Assembly (NCBI GenBank): GCA_965212075.1
Contig: OZ243043.1
Coordinates: 582,763 to 646,762 of the forward strand
Source: Alphaproteobacteria bacterium
GTDB taxonomy: Bacteria; Pseudomonadota; Alphaproteobacteria; JAPOUT01; G958296285
Direction of reading: 5' to 3'
DNA: 64,000 nucleotides
Position numbers and translations under genes: made by a program. This document shows, piece after piece, positions 1 through 8,533 of this stretch. Numbering within the stretch: the stretch's first letter is position 1; every line of letters starts with the position of its first letter. Under the pieces are notes generated by a model, which saw nothing but the letters and a program-made list of their open reading frames with translations, was not told the DNA's origin and searched no databases.

Positions 1-2153
1 AGCTTGGCGCATGGAGCCTGCCAAAGTTTCGCGAAGGGCTTGCGGAAGCTTTTCAAAACGAGCAAGAGCGCTGGTTTTTATTTTTGCCGGTTTTTTTGGG
101 CGCAGGAATTGCGATTTATTTCGCGCTGACGACAGAGCCTTCATGGAGCTTGACGCTCGCGATCGCCGCCGCGCCCGTGATGATTTGGCTCGCAATTGGC
201 TATCGCTGCGGGTTTGATCATATTTTGATTCCATTTGCGCTGGGGCTGGTGATGCTCGGCGCGGGATGGTCGCTGGCAAAAATCAGAACGATCAATGTGA
301 GCGCGCCTGTGATTGGCCAGACCCTCAAAGGAAATATCTTGGAAGGCCGCATCGCGTCCATAGATCCGGGGCCTGCGCGAAAAGGTGTTCGCTGGATTGT
401 TGCGCCGACGCATATTTCCAGTTTGGCGCTTGATGAGCTGCCGCGCAAAATAAGACTTAAGGTCAAGCCTTTTAAAGAGCGTGCTCTTTTTCAAACAGGC
501 GATCGAATCCGTGTGAAGGTGCTGCTCTTTCCGCCGCCCGGCCCGGCTTTGCCCGGCGGTTATGATTTTGCGCGCGCTTTATGGTTTGAGCGCATTGGCG
601 GCACGGCGGTGACGCTGGCATCGCCGCAGCAGCTTGCGCGCGATATTCTTCAAGAAGGGTTGTGGCTTCGCCTTGCGGCATTTTTGGATCGCGGGCGCAA
701 CACGATCGCAGAAAAAATTATGGCGGGCGCTGGAGACAAGGCGTCGCGCGATGCGCGCGGCATTGCTGTGGCGCTAATTGTTGGCAAGCGCGGATTCATT
801 CCCGACAGCGCGCGCAATTTGCTGCGTGATACTGGTCTTGCGCATATTTTGGCGATCTCCGGATTGCATATGGCCGCGCTTGCCGGAACGCTTTATTTTG
901 TGGTCCGCGCGCTATTGGCGTTTTTTCCGGCATTGGCGCTGCGTTATCCGATCAAGAAATGGGCGATTCTTCCTGCGCTCATTGGCTCGATGGTTTATTT
1001 TGTGCTGGCTGGCGGTTCGGTCGCGACGCAGCGCGCGTTTATCATGTTTTTTATTGCGGGTCTTGCGGTTTTGGTGGGCGCGCAAGTGGTGACGATGCGC
1101 AATGTCATTTTGGCCGCTCTGGTGATTTTGATGCTGACGCCGGAAAGTCTATTTCATGCAGGGTTTCAGCTTTCCTTTGCGGCGACGATGGCGATCGTTG
1201 CCGCTTATGAAGTGATTTCTCTGCGCGCGCGGCGTTCGGCTTTTGATTCCTCCTATATTTTGCTGCGGCGCAAGGTATTTCGCGCGGTGCTGACGCTCGC
1301 GCTGACCAGTTTGGCGGCTTGGAGCGCTACGGCACCTTTGGCGATCACGCATTTCAATCGCATTGCGGTTTTTCCCGCGCTGATCGCGAATTTATCGGTG
1401 CTGCCCTTATTCACAATTTGGATCATGCCCGCGATCGTTGTGGCATTGGGTCTTATGCCCTTTGGCCTTGACGAGCCCGTGCTAGTTTTTCTGACGCTGG
1501 GGATTGAGACGATCATCGGAATCGTTCGCCTGATCACCGAATATATCGGATCAGCGCAATTGACGGCCTCACTGCCGCAGTCTGTTTTTATTCTTTATGT
1601 TGTTGGCGGTCTGTGGCTGTGTCTTTGGCGCACACGATGGCGCTGGCTGGGTTTAGCACCTTTGGTCTTTGCGGTCGGGCAGGGGCTTTTGCTCAAGGCC
1701 GAGCGGTTTGATCTGCTCGTGGCGCGCGAAGGCAATATGATCGCGCTGCGTGATGTTGATGGCCGCCTCTATCCGTCAAGCCGCGCCGGACACTGGACGC
1801 TCACACAATGGCTGCGCAATGATGGCGATCAGCGTTCGGCATGGCGCGCTTATGATCAGAAGAAGTTTTCCTGCACACCGGCTGGCTGTATCAGCATGAT
1901 GGCGCGCCGCCCCAAAGTTTTATGGCTGCGTGATCCCGCATCTGCGCAAGCGCGTAGTTTGTGTCAAAATGCTGACATCGTTATTTTTGCCCGCCCAACA
2001 CCAAAAAGTTTATGCGCCTCCGCGCCGCTGCGAATTACCTTTGAGGATATTTTGCGTGATGGCGCGCATGGCGTCATATTTAAGCAAGAGGGGTTTGTCG
2101 TGCATAAAGCGCGCCGCGGCGATAGATTTTGGATCGGGTCTAATATTCCCTGA
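1..2153 (+). CDS. comEC: ComEC/Rec2 family competence protein (polytopic membrane DNA-uptake channel); 5' end lies upstream of the window
   Basis: Frame is open from base 1 to the stop at 2153. Translation is multi-TM with a ComEC-like N-terminal region ([19 protein letters not shown]) and many hydrophobic helices. The ORF-track start at 84 is only the first TTG after the window edge. Confidence 0.8.
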   Translation, partial: LGAWSLPKFREGLAEAFQNEQERWFLFLPVFLGAGIAIYFALTTEPSWSLTLAIAAAPVMIWLAIGYRCGFDHILIPFALGLVMLGAGWSLAKIRTINVSAPVIGQTLKGNILEGRIASIDPGPARKGVRWIVAPTHISSLALDELPRKIRLKVKPFKERALFQTGDRIRVKVLLFPPPGPALPGGYDFARALWFERIGGTAVTLASPQQLARDILQEGLWLRLAAFLDRGRNTIAEKIMAGAGDKASRDARGIAVALIVGKRGFIPDSARNLLRDTGLAHILAISGLHMAALAGTLYFVVRALLAFFPALALRYPIKKWAILPALIGSMVYFVLAGGSVATQRAFIMFFIAGLAVLVGAQVVTMRNVILAALVILMLTPESLFHAGFQLSFAATMAIVAAYEVISLRARRSAFDSSYILLRRKVFRAVLTLALTSLAAWSATAPLAITHFNRIAVFPALIANLSVLPLFTIWIMPAIVVALGLMPFGLDEPVLVFLTLGIETIIGIVRLITEYIGSAQLTASLPQSVFILYVVGGLWLCLWRTRWRWLGLAPLVFAVGQGLLLKAERFDLLVAREGNMIALRDVDGRLYPSSRAGHWTLTQWLRNDGDQRSAWRAYDQKKFSCTPAGCISMMARRPKVLWLRDPASAQARSLCQNADIVIFARPTPKSLCASAPLRITFEDILRDGAHGVIFKQEGFVVHKARRGDRFWIGSNIP

Positions 2154-2835
2154 ACAGGCCGACCAAAGACCCTTGCACGCTCACTTGTTCGGGGCGAAAG
2201 ATGCGCGTTTCATAAGCGGGATTAGAGGCTTCCAGCGCGATGGAGTCGCCTTTTTTGCGCAGCCGTTTGAGCGTGGCTTCTTTCTCTTCAATGATGGCGA
2301 CGACAATATCGCCATTCATCGCTTCTTCGTTTTTTCTGATGATCGCGATGTCGCCATCAAGAATTCCGGCTTCAATCATTGAATCGCCTTTGATCTCTAG
2401 CGCAAAATGTTCGCCTGAGCGCAGCATGTTTTGTGGAACGCCGATGTCGCGCAAATGCGTTTGGATCGCTGCGATGGGTGTTCCCGCGGCGATTCGTCCC
2501 ATGACCGGCAAAGTGATGGAGGCGTTTTCGCCTTGATCATGTTTAGCGCGTTCAATCAATTCATCTTCTTTTTTGCCGCCAGCAATGAGGCTGGGCGTGA
2601 AGCCTGTATTGCCCACAGAGGCAGATGGCAATTTGACCACTTCAAGCGCGCGCGCGCGATTCGGCAGACGGCGAATGAAGCCGCGTTCTTCCAGCGCGCC
2701 GACCAGCCGGTGAATGCCGGATTTTGAGCGCAAATCCAGTGCCTCGCGCATCTCGTCAAATGACGGAGAAATGCCGGTTTCATGCAAACGGCTGTGGATA
2801 AAAATCAAAAGTTCTCTTTGTTTTTTTGTTAACAT
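2140..2835 (-). CDS. lexA: LexA transcriptional repressor (SOS regulon)
   Basis: Translation from ATG at 2835 begins [67 protein letters not shown], an N-terminal winged HTH. The C-terminal S24 peptidase domain (GDSM...[17 protein letters not shown]) is present. The longer ORF from 2937 has no SD and would run over the SOS box. Confidence 0.93.
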   Translation of the reverse strand: MLTKKQRELLIFIHSRLHETGISPSFDEMREALDLRSKSGIHRLVGALEERGFIRRLPNRARALEVVKLPSASVGNTGFTPSLIAGGKKEDELIERAKHDQGENASITLPVMGRIAAGTPIAAIQTHLRDIGVPQNMLRSGEHFALEIKGDSMIEAGILDGDIAIIRKNEEAMNGDIVVAIIEEKEATLKRLRKKGDSIALEASNPAYETRIFRPEQVSVQGSLVGLFREY

Positions 2836-2864
2836 GGGTTTTTCCTTAATGCTTATTAGGTTAG

Positions 2865-2902
2865 GAACAAAAGGCCAACATCTATATGTTCTACTTTGGT
2901 TC
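2865..2902. promoter_or_regulatory. Alphaproteobacterial LexA (SOS) operators: perfect box GTTCTACTTTGGTTC (2888-2902) plus imperfect GAACAAAAGGCCAAC (2865-2879), in the lexA / J-domain-gene divergent region
   Basis: The GTTC-N7-GTTC direct repeat is the established LexA box of Alphaproteobacteria. It sits 53 bp upstream of the lexA ATG, consistent with autoregulation. Confidence 0.6.
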
Positions 2903-2963
2903 TTTTCAACATGCAAGCTTTTTGTTCTTTTAAGCAAAAAATCTTAAATTTTGGATAAAGGTT

Positions 2964-3431
2964 ATGGTTTGGGTTTTCGGCGGGATATTGGGAGTTATAG
3001 GGGTTTTGTGGGCTTTACGCTGGGTTGCCCGCACGGATGCGGTTGTAGTTGCGGGCGTTTTGCAGACTTTAATTCGTCTTGTGCTGACGGCGATCGGCAT
3101 GATATTGAGCGGCGGGCGTTTTTGGCTGGTGGGGCTTTTATTGCGCGGGCTATTTGCGCGGCGTAGCGGGGGTGCCTATCGGGCTTATGAGCGCGCGCGG
3201 GCGCAAAATCGCGCGCGCGGGCGTGAATATCAACGCGGGCGGGTTTCGGGGCAGGCGATGAGTCTAAGCGAGGCGCGGCGGATTTTGCAGGTCGGGCAGC
3301 TCGCCAGTGAAGAGGAGATCACGCAAGCTTGGCGCAATTTGATGCGCAAAGCCCATCCGGATATGGGCGGCAAGGCTGAAGATGCGGTGTTGATCAATCA
3401 AGCGCGAGATATTTTGCTCAAGAATAGGTAA
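2964..3431 (+). CDS. Membrane-anchored J-domain (DnaJ-like) protein
   Basis: N-terminal hydrophobic helices (VFGGILGVIGVLWAL, LVLTAIGMILSG) and an Arg-rich linker. The C-terminal J domain has an HPD motif (RNLMRKAHPDMGGKAEDAVLINQARDIL). It lies 18 bp upstream of clpS on the same strand. Confidence 0.6.
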   Translation: MVWVFGGILGVIGVLWALRWVARTDAVVVAGVLQTLIRLVLTAIGMILSGGRFWLVGLLLRGLFARRSGGAYRAYERARAQNRARGREYQRGRVSGQAMSLSEARRILQVGQLASEEEITQAWRNLMRKAHPDMGGKAEDAVLINQARDILLKNR

Positions 3432-3449
3432 AGGGGTAAAATAGACTCT

Positions 3450-3773
3450 ATGAGCGAAGACAGCAAAAATGGCGGCGGCACGAATCTGGGGGTCATCACG
3501 CGTCCTGATGTGCGCACGAAAAAACCGGCGCTTTATAAAGTGCTGCTTTTGAATGACGATTATACGCCGATGGAATTTGTCGTGATTGTGCTTGAGCGGT
3601 TTTTTCATAAGGGCGCAGAGGAGGCCGCGCGCCTAATGCTTCAAGTTCATCAAAATGGCGTGGGGATTTGCGGTGTCTTTACCTATGAGATCGCTGAGAC
3701 GAAAGTTACGCAAGTGATGGATTTCGCGCGCCAAAATGAACACCCGCTCCAATGCGCTATGGAAAAAGCGTAG
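3450..3773 (+). CDS. clpS: ATP-dependent Clp protease adaptor ClpS
   Basis: [62 protein letters not shown] is a canonical ClpS core. Confidence 0.93.
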   Translation: MSEDSKNGGGTNLGVITRPDVRTKKPALYKVLLLNDDYTPMEFVVIVLERFFHKGAEEAARLMLQVHQNGVGICGVFTYEIAETKVTQVMDFARQNEHPLQCAMEKA

Positions 3774-3809
3774 AGGAAAAACATAGAGGAAAGGCATAGG
3801 AAAGAATTT

Positions 3810-6128
3810 ATGGCTTTATTATCATCATCTTTGGAGCAAGCGCTGCGTCTTGCGATTGATTATGCGCATCAATATCGCCATGAATATGTGATGCTTGAGC
3901 ATTTGCTGCTCGCGCTGATTGATGAAAAAGACGCGAAGCAAGTTTTTGCGGCCTGCGCCGTTGATGGCGATCAATTGCGCCGCGACATCAAAGATTGGCT
4001 GGAAAAAGAAATCCCGCAAGTGGAAGATGAGAGCAAAGACCATCCGCAGCCGACGATGGGGTTCCAGCGCGTCATTCAGCGGGCGATTTTTCACGTGCAA
4101 GGCGCCGGACGCAGCGAAGTGAACGGCGCGAATGTGCTGGTTGCGCTTTATGCCGAGCGCGAAAGCCACGCCGTGCATTTTTTACAAGAACAGAATATGT
4201 CGCGGCATGATGCGGTATCTTTTATCAGCCATGGGGTCACGAAAGATCAGGCGGTTGACGATATGCAATCTTCTGATCAAGAACAGGGGGAACAGAGCGG
4301 AGAAGAGAAAAAAAGTGAAAGAACGCATAAAGCTCTTGAAAAATGGTGCGTGGACTTAAATAAAAAAGCGGAAGAGGATAAAATTGACCCTCTGATTGGC
4401 CGCCAAAAAGAGGTGCGCCGCACGATTCAAATTTTATGTCGGCGGCGCAAGAACAATCCGATCTATGTCGGTGATCCGGGCGTTGGCAAGACGGCGATTG
4501 CGGAAGGCCTCGCGCGGCGGATCGTCAAGGACGATGTGCCCGATGTGCTGCATGATGCGCGGATTTTCTCTTTAGATATGGGCGCTTTGTTAGGCGGCAC
4601 GCGCTATCGCGGTGATTTTGAGGAGCGGCTCAAGGCTGTGCTCAAAGCTTTGGACAAAACGCCCGGCGCAGTCTTGTTCATTGATGAGATTCATACCGTG
4701 ATCGGCGCGGGCGCAGCAAGCGGCGGCACGATGGACGCTTCCAATTTACTCAAGCCCGCTTTGCAAAACGGCACTTTGCGCTGCATAGGTGCGACGACCT
4801 ATAAAGAATATCGGCGGCATTTTCAAAAAGATCGCGCGCTGACGCGCCGCTTTGAAAAAATAGATGTTGAAGAGCCTAGCATCAGCGAGACGATCAAAAT
4901 CCTCAACGGGCTGAAATCATATTTTGAGGAGTTTCACGCGCTGCGCTATACCTCCCATGCGCTCAAATCGGCGGTGGAGCTGTCGGCGCGCTATATGCAT
5001 GAGCGCAAGCTGCCCGACAAAGCAATCGACGTGATTGACGAAGCTGGCGCTGCGCAGCGCCTTCTGCCCAAGAGCCGCCGCAAGAAGGTGCTCGGCGTCA
5101 AGGATATTGAGGCGATCGTCGCGACGATGGCGCGCATCGCGCCCAAAACCATTTCAAAAGATGCGAGCGCGCAGCTTCATCAATTGCCGGAATCGCTCAA
5201 GCGGGTGGTGTTTGGGCAGGAGCAGGCGATTGAGGCTTTGTCGGCGGCGATCCGCACGGCGCGCGCCGGTCTGCGCGAGGGCGGCAAGCCGGTTGGCAGC
5301 TATCTGTTCTGCGGCCCGACCGGCGTCGGCAAGACTGAAATCGCACGCGCTTTGGCCGAAATTATGGGCGTGGAGATGCTGCGCTTTGACATGTCCGAAT
5401 ATATGGAGCGCCATACGGTTTCGCGGCTGATCGGCGCGCCGCCGGGCTATGTCGGCTTTGATCAGGGCGGGCTGCTGACCGACGGGGTGGATCAGCACCC
5501 TCATTGTGTGCTGCTGCTTGACGAGGTTGAAAAGGCGCATCCCGATATATTCAACATCCTGCTTCAGGTGATGGATCACGGCAAGCTGACCGACCATAAT
5601 GGCCGCAAGACCGATTTCAGCAATGTGATTTTGGTGATGACGACCAATGCGGGCGCGGTTGATATGGCGCGGGCACCCCTAGGCTTTGCGCGAGGCCGCC
5701 GCGAGGGCGACGATAAAGAGGCGATTGAGCGGATGTTCTCGCCGGAGTTCCGCAACCGCCTTGATGCGGTGATCCCGTTTGCGTCTCTGTCGCCGGAGCA
5801 TATCGCGCTTGTCGTCCAGAAATTCATTTACGAGCTGGAAGCGCAGCTGGCCGATCGCCAAGTGATGATTGAGCTTTCCGATGATGCGAACAAATGGATT
5901 GCCGAGCGGGGCTATGACGAAAAAATGGGCGCGCGGCCTCTGGCGCGCGTGATCCAGCAGGAGGTCAAGAAGCCGCTCGCCGACGAGATTTTGTTCGGCA
6001 AGTTAAAGAAGGGCGGCGTCGTGCAGGTTTCGGTTGATCTGTCGGGCAAAAAATTAAAGTTCAAGATTTTGCCTTTAGAAAAAAACTCAAAAAAGCAGGA
6101 ATCTTCAGATGAACCGCAAACATCTTAA
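3810..6128 (+). CDS. clpA: ATP-dependent Clp protease ATP-binding subunit ClpA
   Basis: 772 aa with an N-terminal Clp_N domain and two AAA+ modules (GDPGVGKTAIAEGLA, FCGPTGVGKTEIARALA). It follows clpS as in the conserved clpS-clpA operon. Confidence 0.95.
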   Translation: MALLSSSLEQALRLAIDYAHQYRHEYVMLEHLLLALIDEKDAKQVFAACAVDGDQLRRDIKDWLEKEIPQVEDESKDHPQPTMGFQRVIQRAIFHVQGAGRSEVNGANVLVALYAERESHAVHFLQEQNMSRHDAVSFISHGVTKDQAVDDMQSSDQEQGEQSGEEKKSERTHKALEKWCVDLNKKAEEDKIDPLIGRQKEVRRTIQILCRRRKNNPIYVGDPGVGKTAIAEGLARRIVKDDVPDVLHDARIFSLDMGALLGGTRYRGDFEERLKAVLKALDKTPGAVLFIDEIHTVIGAGAASGGTMDASNLLKPALQNGTLRCIGATTYKEYRRHFQKDRALTRRFEKIDVEEPSISETIKILNGLKSYFEEFHALRYTSHALKSAVELSARYMHERKLPDKAIDVIDEAGAAQRLLPKSRRKKVLGVKDIEAIVATMARIAPKTISKDASAQLHQLPESLKRVVFGQEQAIEALSAAIRTARAGLREGGKPVGSYLFCGPTGVGKTEIARALAEIMGVEMLRFDMSEYMERHTVSRLIGAPPGYVGFDQGGLLTDGVDQHPHCVLLLDEVEKAHPDIFNILLQVMDHGKLTDHNGRKTDFSNVILVMTTNAGAVDMARAPLGFARGRREGDDKEAIERMFSPEFRNRLDAVIPFASLSPEHIALVVQKFIYELEAQLADRQVMIELSDDANKWIAERGYDEKMGARPLARVIQQEVKKPLADEILFGKLKKGGVVQVSVDLSGKKLKFKILPLEKNSKKQESSDEPQTS

Positions 6129-6397
6129 AGTTTAAGCTCTTACTGCACCAGTGATAGAGAAAAGAGGCAGAAAACTGGCTGTATTTTGCTGAATCCAAGT
6201 CATTGATTTTTTCAATTTTTTTTAAAAATGGCCTTGACTCCTTTTACATCACCTATCAAACTACCCCCTATCGCTAAATGTATGGATAACCCTTGTTGGG
6301 TTTCCTACTAAATATAATACCCGGCACAGATCGGGTTTCCCCGTTTTTTCGGGGAATAGGTGGGGCATGATTTTTCCATGCGTTTAGCGATAAAACC

Positions 6398-6422
6398 CGG
6401 CACCTTCGGGTGCCGTTTTTTT
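6398..6422 (+). terminator. Intrinsic-terminator-like hairpin (CGGCACC-TTCG-GGTGCCG followed by T7) inside the leader of the downstream gene
   Basis: A perfect 7-bp GC-rich stem with a TTCG tetraloop is immediately followed by TTTTTTT. It lies 270 bp downstream of the clpA stop and about 20 bp upstream of the probable ATG at 6444. A second hairpin, CCCCG-T6-CGGGG, sits at 6339-6354. Confidence 0.55.
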
Positions 6423-6443
6423 AACGCAAATATGCAGGGGGGA

Positions 6444-7301
6444 ATGATGATGGGTATTCAGAAAACTTTTTTTAACAAGACCTTAGCTGGGTTTCTGGCT
6501 TTAAGTGTGGCACTGGGCACATTTCCGATAGAGGCTTTAGCTGAACACACGGAAACGAGATCTTGCCCAGCGACTATTGCTAGTTTTGGGAGTGGATTTG
6601 ATACTTCCCTAAGCGGCTCCACTCTGACTGCATCGGCGGTGGAGGGTGAAAATAATTGCATTTACGACCGAACTGGTGGCAATTCATTTGCATTGCGTAC
6701 CACCGGCGATACTTATTTAGCGGTTATCAATGGTGGTGTGCATCAAAATGATGACGGGAGTGAGACAACCTTCACGGCTAATTCAGTTGGTGTTGTAACT
6801 GCGCAATCCACTCCGAGAAGTAGTAGCAGTAGTAGCGGCAGCAGCAGCAGTTCCGGTGCCGTTGTCGGCGGGATCGTTGGTGGACTCGCCGGATTAGGGC
6901 TTTTGATTTGGTGGTGGGCAGCTTCCGGCGATGATGAAGACTCACAACTCATCCAATTCCATGACTTAGGGGCAAATTCTTATTTGCCCGCAAGGTCCTG
7001 GTTGGGCGTAGAACATGCCATCACAGACAATGCCAAATTTGCTCTCGGCACTTTCTGGCTGTCGGATGGCTCGGTCAATACGATTATTCCGTCCGTGGAT
7101 AATTCGGGTGTGGATGTTCGCTTGTCTTTGGCGACACGCATCGGCGAGGTTTCCTTCAGTGGGGCTGCTTATAATCATGGCGGGGCCTCACTAGATTATA
7201 ACAATAGCAGCATTGAAAACATCTTTGCTAATACGCTTGAATCCAGCGCTAACTCTGAAGTTGGCTATGCGGTCGGTTTGAACTGGCGCATGTCGTTTTA
7301 A
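6444..7301 (+). CDS. Hypothetical secreted/membrane protein with Ser-rich linker
   Basis: ATG at 6444 is preceded by GGGGGGAATG. It has a signal peptide (MMMGIQKTFFNKTLAGFLALSVALGTFPIEALA), a two-Cys N-domain, an SSSSSSGSSSSSG linker, a hydrophobic Gly-rich segment (GAVVGGIVGGLAGLGLLIWWW), and a C-terminal region ending ...GYAVGLNWRMSF with a terminal Phe. GC looks lower than in flanking genes. The ORF-track start at 6360 would place the terminator hairpin inside the CDS. Confidence 0.55.
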   Translation: MMMGIQKTFFNKTLAGFLALSVALGTFPIEALAEHTETRSCPATIASFGSGFDTSLSGSTLTASAVEGENNCIYDRTGGNSFALRTTGDTYLAVINGGVHQNDDGSETTFTANSVGVVTAQSTPRSSSSSSGSSSSSGAVVGGIVGGLAGLGLLIWWWAASGDDEDSQLIQFHDLGANSYLPARSWLGVEHAITDNAKFALGTFWLSDGSVNTIIPSVDNSGVDVRLSLATRIGEVSFSGAAYNHGGASLDYNNSSIENIFANTLESSANSEVGYAVGLNWRMSF

Positions 7302-7318
7302 GTTATCTGCCAATCCCG

Positions 7319-8533
7319 TTAAATCGGATGAACCGCATGATCTCCCTTGATGTTGCCCAGCTTGCGGCGCGGTGAGGGCGGCGCTTGGCTCTCGGCATAG
7401 CCCATGCGGAACGCAAATGTTGGCTGCATCCGATTTTTCACGAGCTTCCTTAATTGGCGATCCATGCGCGCGGGCTTGTTGAGCATGCGCTCGCGATCAA
7501 CAATTTCTACGGTCTGGTTGATCGGGTGCATCGCGATGCCGCGCTCAGTCGCCATCAGATGAAGCCTTTGCCATAATTGTCCGGCGGCGAGCGAGTTCTT
7601 GACCGTCCAGCGTGTGCGCACCGCAATAATGCCGGCCAGCGGCGCTGTCGCAAGATGAACATTGCGCGTTGCATCAGCCCAAGCTTGATGGCTGTCTTCA
7701 GACGACAAAGCAGGCAGCATTTTTGCCGCCATCAAAATCATCGGCGAAAGTCCGGCGGTGTCCAGCGTGACGCCATCGCGATGGCGTTCAATTTCTTCCG
7801 GCGAGCCGCGAAACCAATGATGGCTCGCGGCCACCATATCTTCATCGTGGATAATTGTTTCTGTCGCCTGATTGGTCAATTTGTCAAAAAGCTCGCGTGA
7901 GCGGCCTTCATCAAAAAAAGATAAAGAGATACTCACAGCGCGCGCAGCGGTTTGAAACAAATTAACGATATCGCCAGGGATCGGCCTGTCGCGCAGATAG
8001 GCACCGCGATTTGTGTGGCGCTGTCCGATGGCCTGATAGAGCGCGCTGCGTGTCGGCTGTGCGCGCGTGAGCGTCAATGTCGCGATGAGCTTTTGTTCGG
8101 GGTTTTGAGGAATCGCGTTCAATCTGCCGCCCGTCAGATTGACCTCAGCCCTCCAGCCATGAGCAGGCGCGGCAAGCAGCATATTCTCAATCGCGCAGCC
8201 CAGCCCGATATGCATTTCGCGCAAATAGGGGTCAAACGCGCCGAGATTGCGGCGCTGGTCGGCATAAAGGCGGATGATTTTCTGCTCCGCGCTTTCATCC
8301 ACTTCAAAAACCCAAGGCTGCGTGTTATGAGGATTGGCCGCGAGCATGCCGGCGATCGCAATGGCTGTCGGCGTCCCCTGATATTGCGGATCGTCCCAAA
8401 GCGTCCATAATTTCCACGGATCGCCCTGCGCGACCGAAAAGGCATCGCGGCGCACACCGTGCCAGACGAACCCGCCAAGCGCGACGAACAAAGTTCCGCC
8501 GCCATATTTCAGCAGATCGCGCCGCGAGATCAT
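7319..8533 (-). CDS. Tat-signal (twin-arginine) exported protein, putatively nitroreductase-like
   Basis: The N-terminus MISRRDLLKYGGGTLFVALGGFVW is a classic RRxLLK Tat motif followed by an h-region. The body has nitroreductase-like segments (IGQRHTNRGAY; C-terminal ...GQLWQRLHLMATERGIAMHPI). The family assignment is weak. Confidence 0.55.
   Translation of the reverse strand: MISRRDLLKYGGGTLFVALGGFVWHGVRRDAFSVAQGDPWKLWTLWDDPQYQGTPTAIAIAGMLAANPHNTQPWVFEVDESAEQKIIRLYADQRRNLGAFDPYLREMHIGLGCAIENMLLAAPAHGWRAEVNLTGGRLNAIPQNPEQKLIATLTLTRAQPTRSALYQAIGQRHTNRGAYLRDRPIPGDIVNLFQTAARAVSISLSFFDEGRSRELFDKLTNQATETIIHDEDMVAASHHWFRGSPEEIERHRDGVTLDTAGLSPMILMAAKMLPALSSEDSHQAWADATRNVHLATAPLAGIIAVRTRWTVKNSLAAGQLWQRLHLMATERGIAMHPINQTVEIVDRERMLNKPARMDRQLRKLVKNRMQPTFAFRMGYAESQAPPSPRRKLGNIKGDHAVHPI

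Noticed and set aside
6360-6443. ORF-track start at 6360 for the secreted protein
   Set aside because: It would place the terminator hairpin and T-run inside the CDS and remove the signal peptide from the N-terminus. ATG 6444, with its GGGGGG SD, gives a canonical signal peptide.
7952-8410. 152-aa plus-strand ORF, and other 60-190-aa ORFs nested in ClpA, GyrA, IspDF, TrpE, MetG and others
   Set aside because: All are embedded antisense or out of frame within long, well-supported genes. They have no independent signals and are typical high-GC spurious ORFs.
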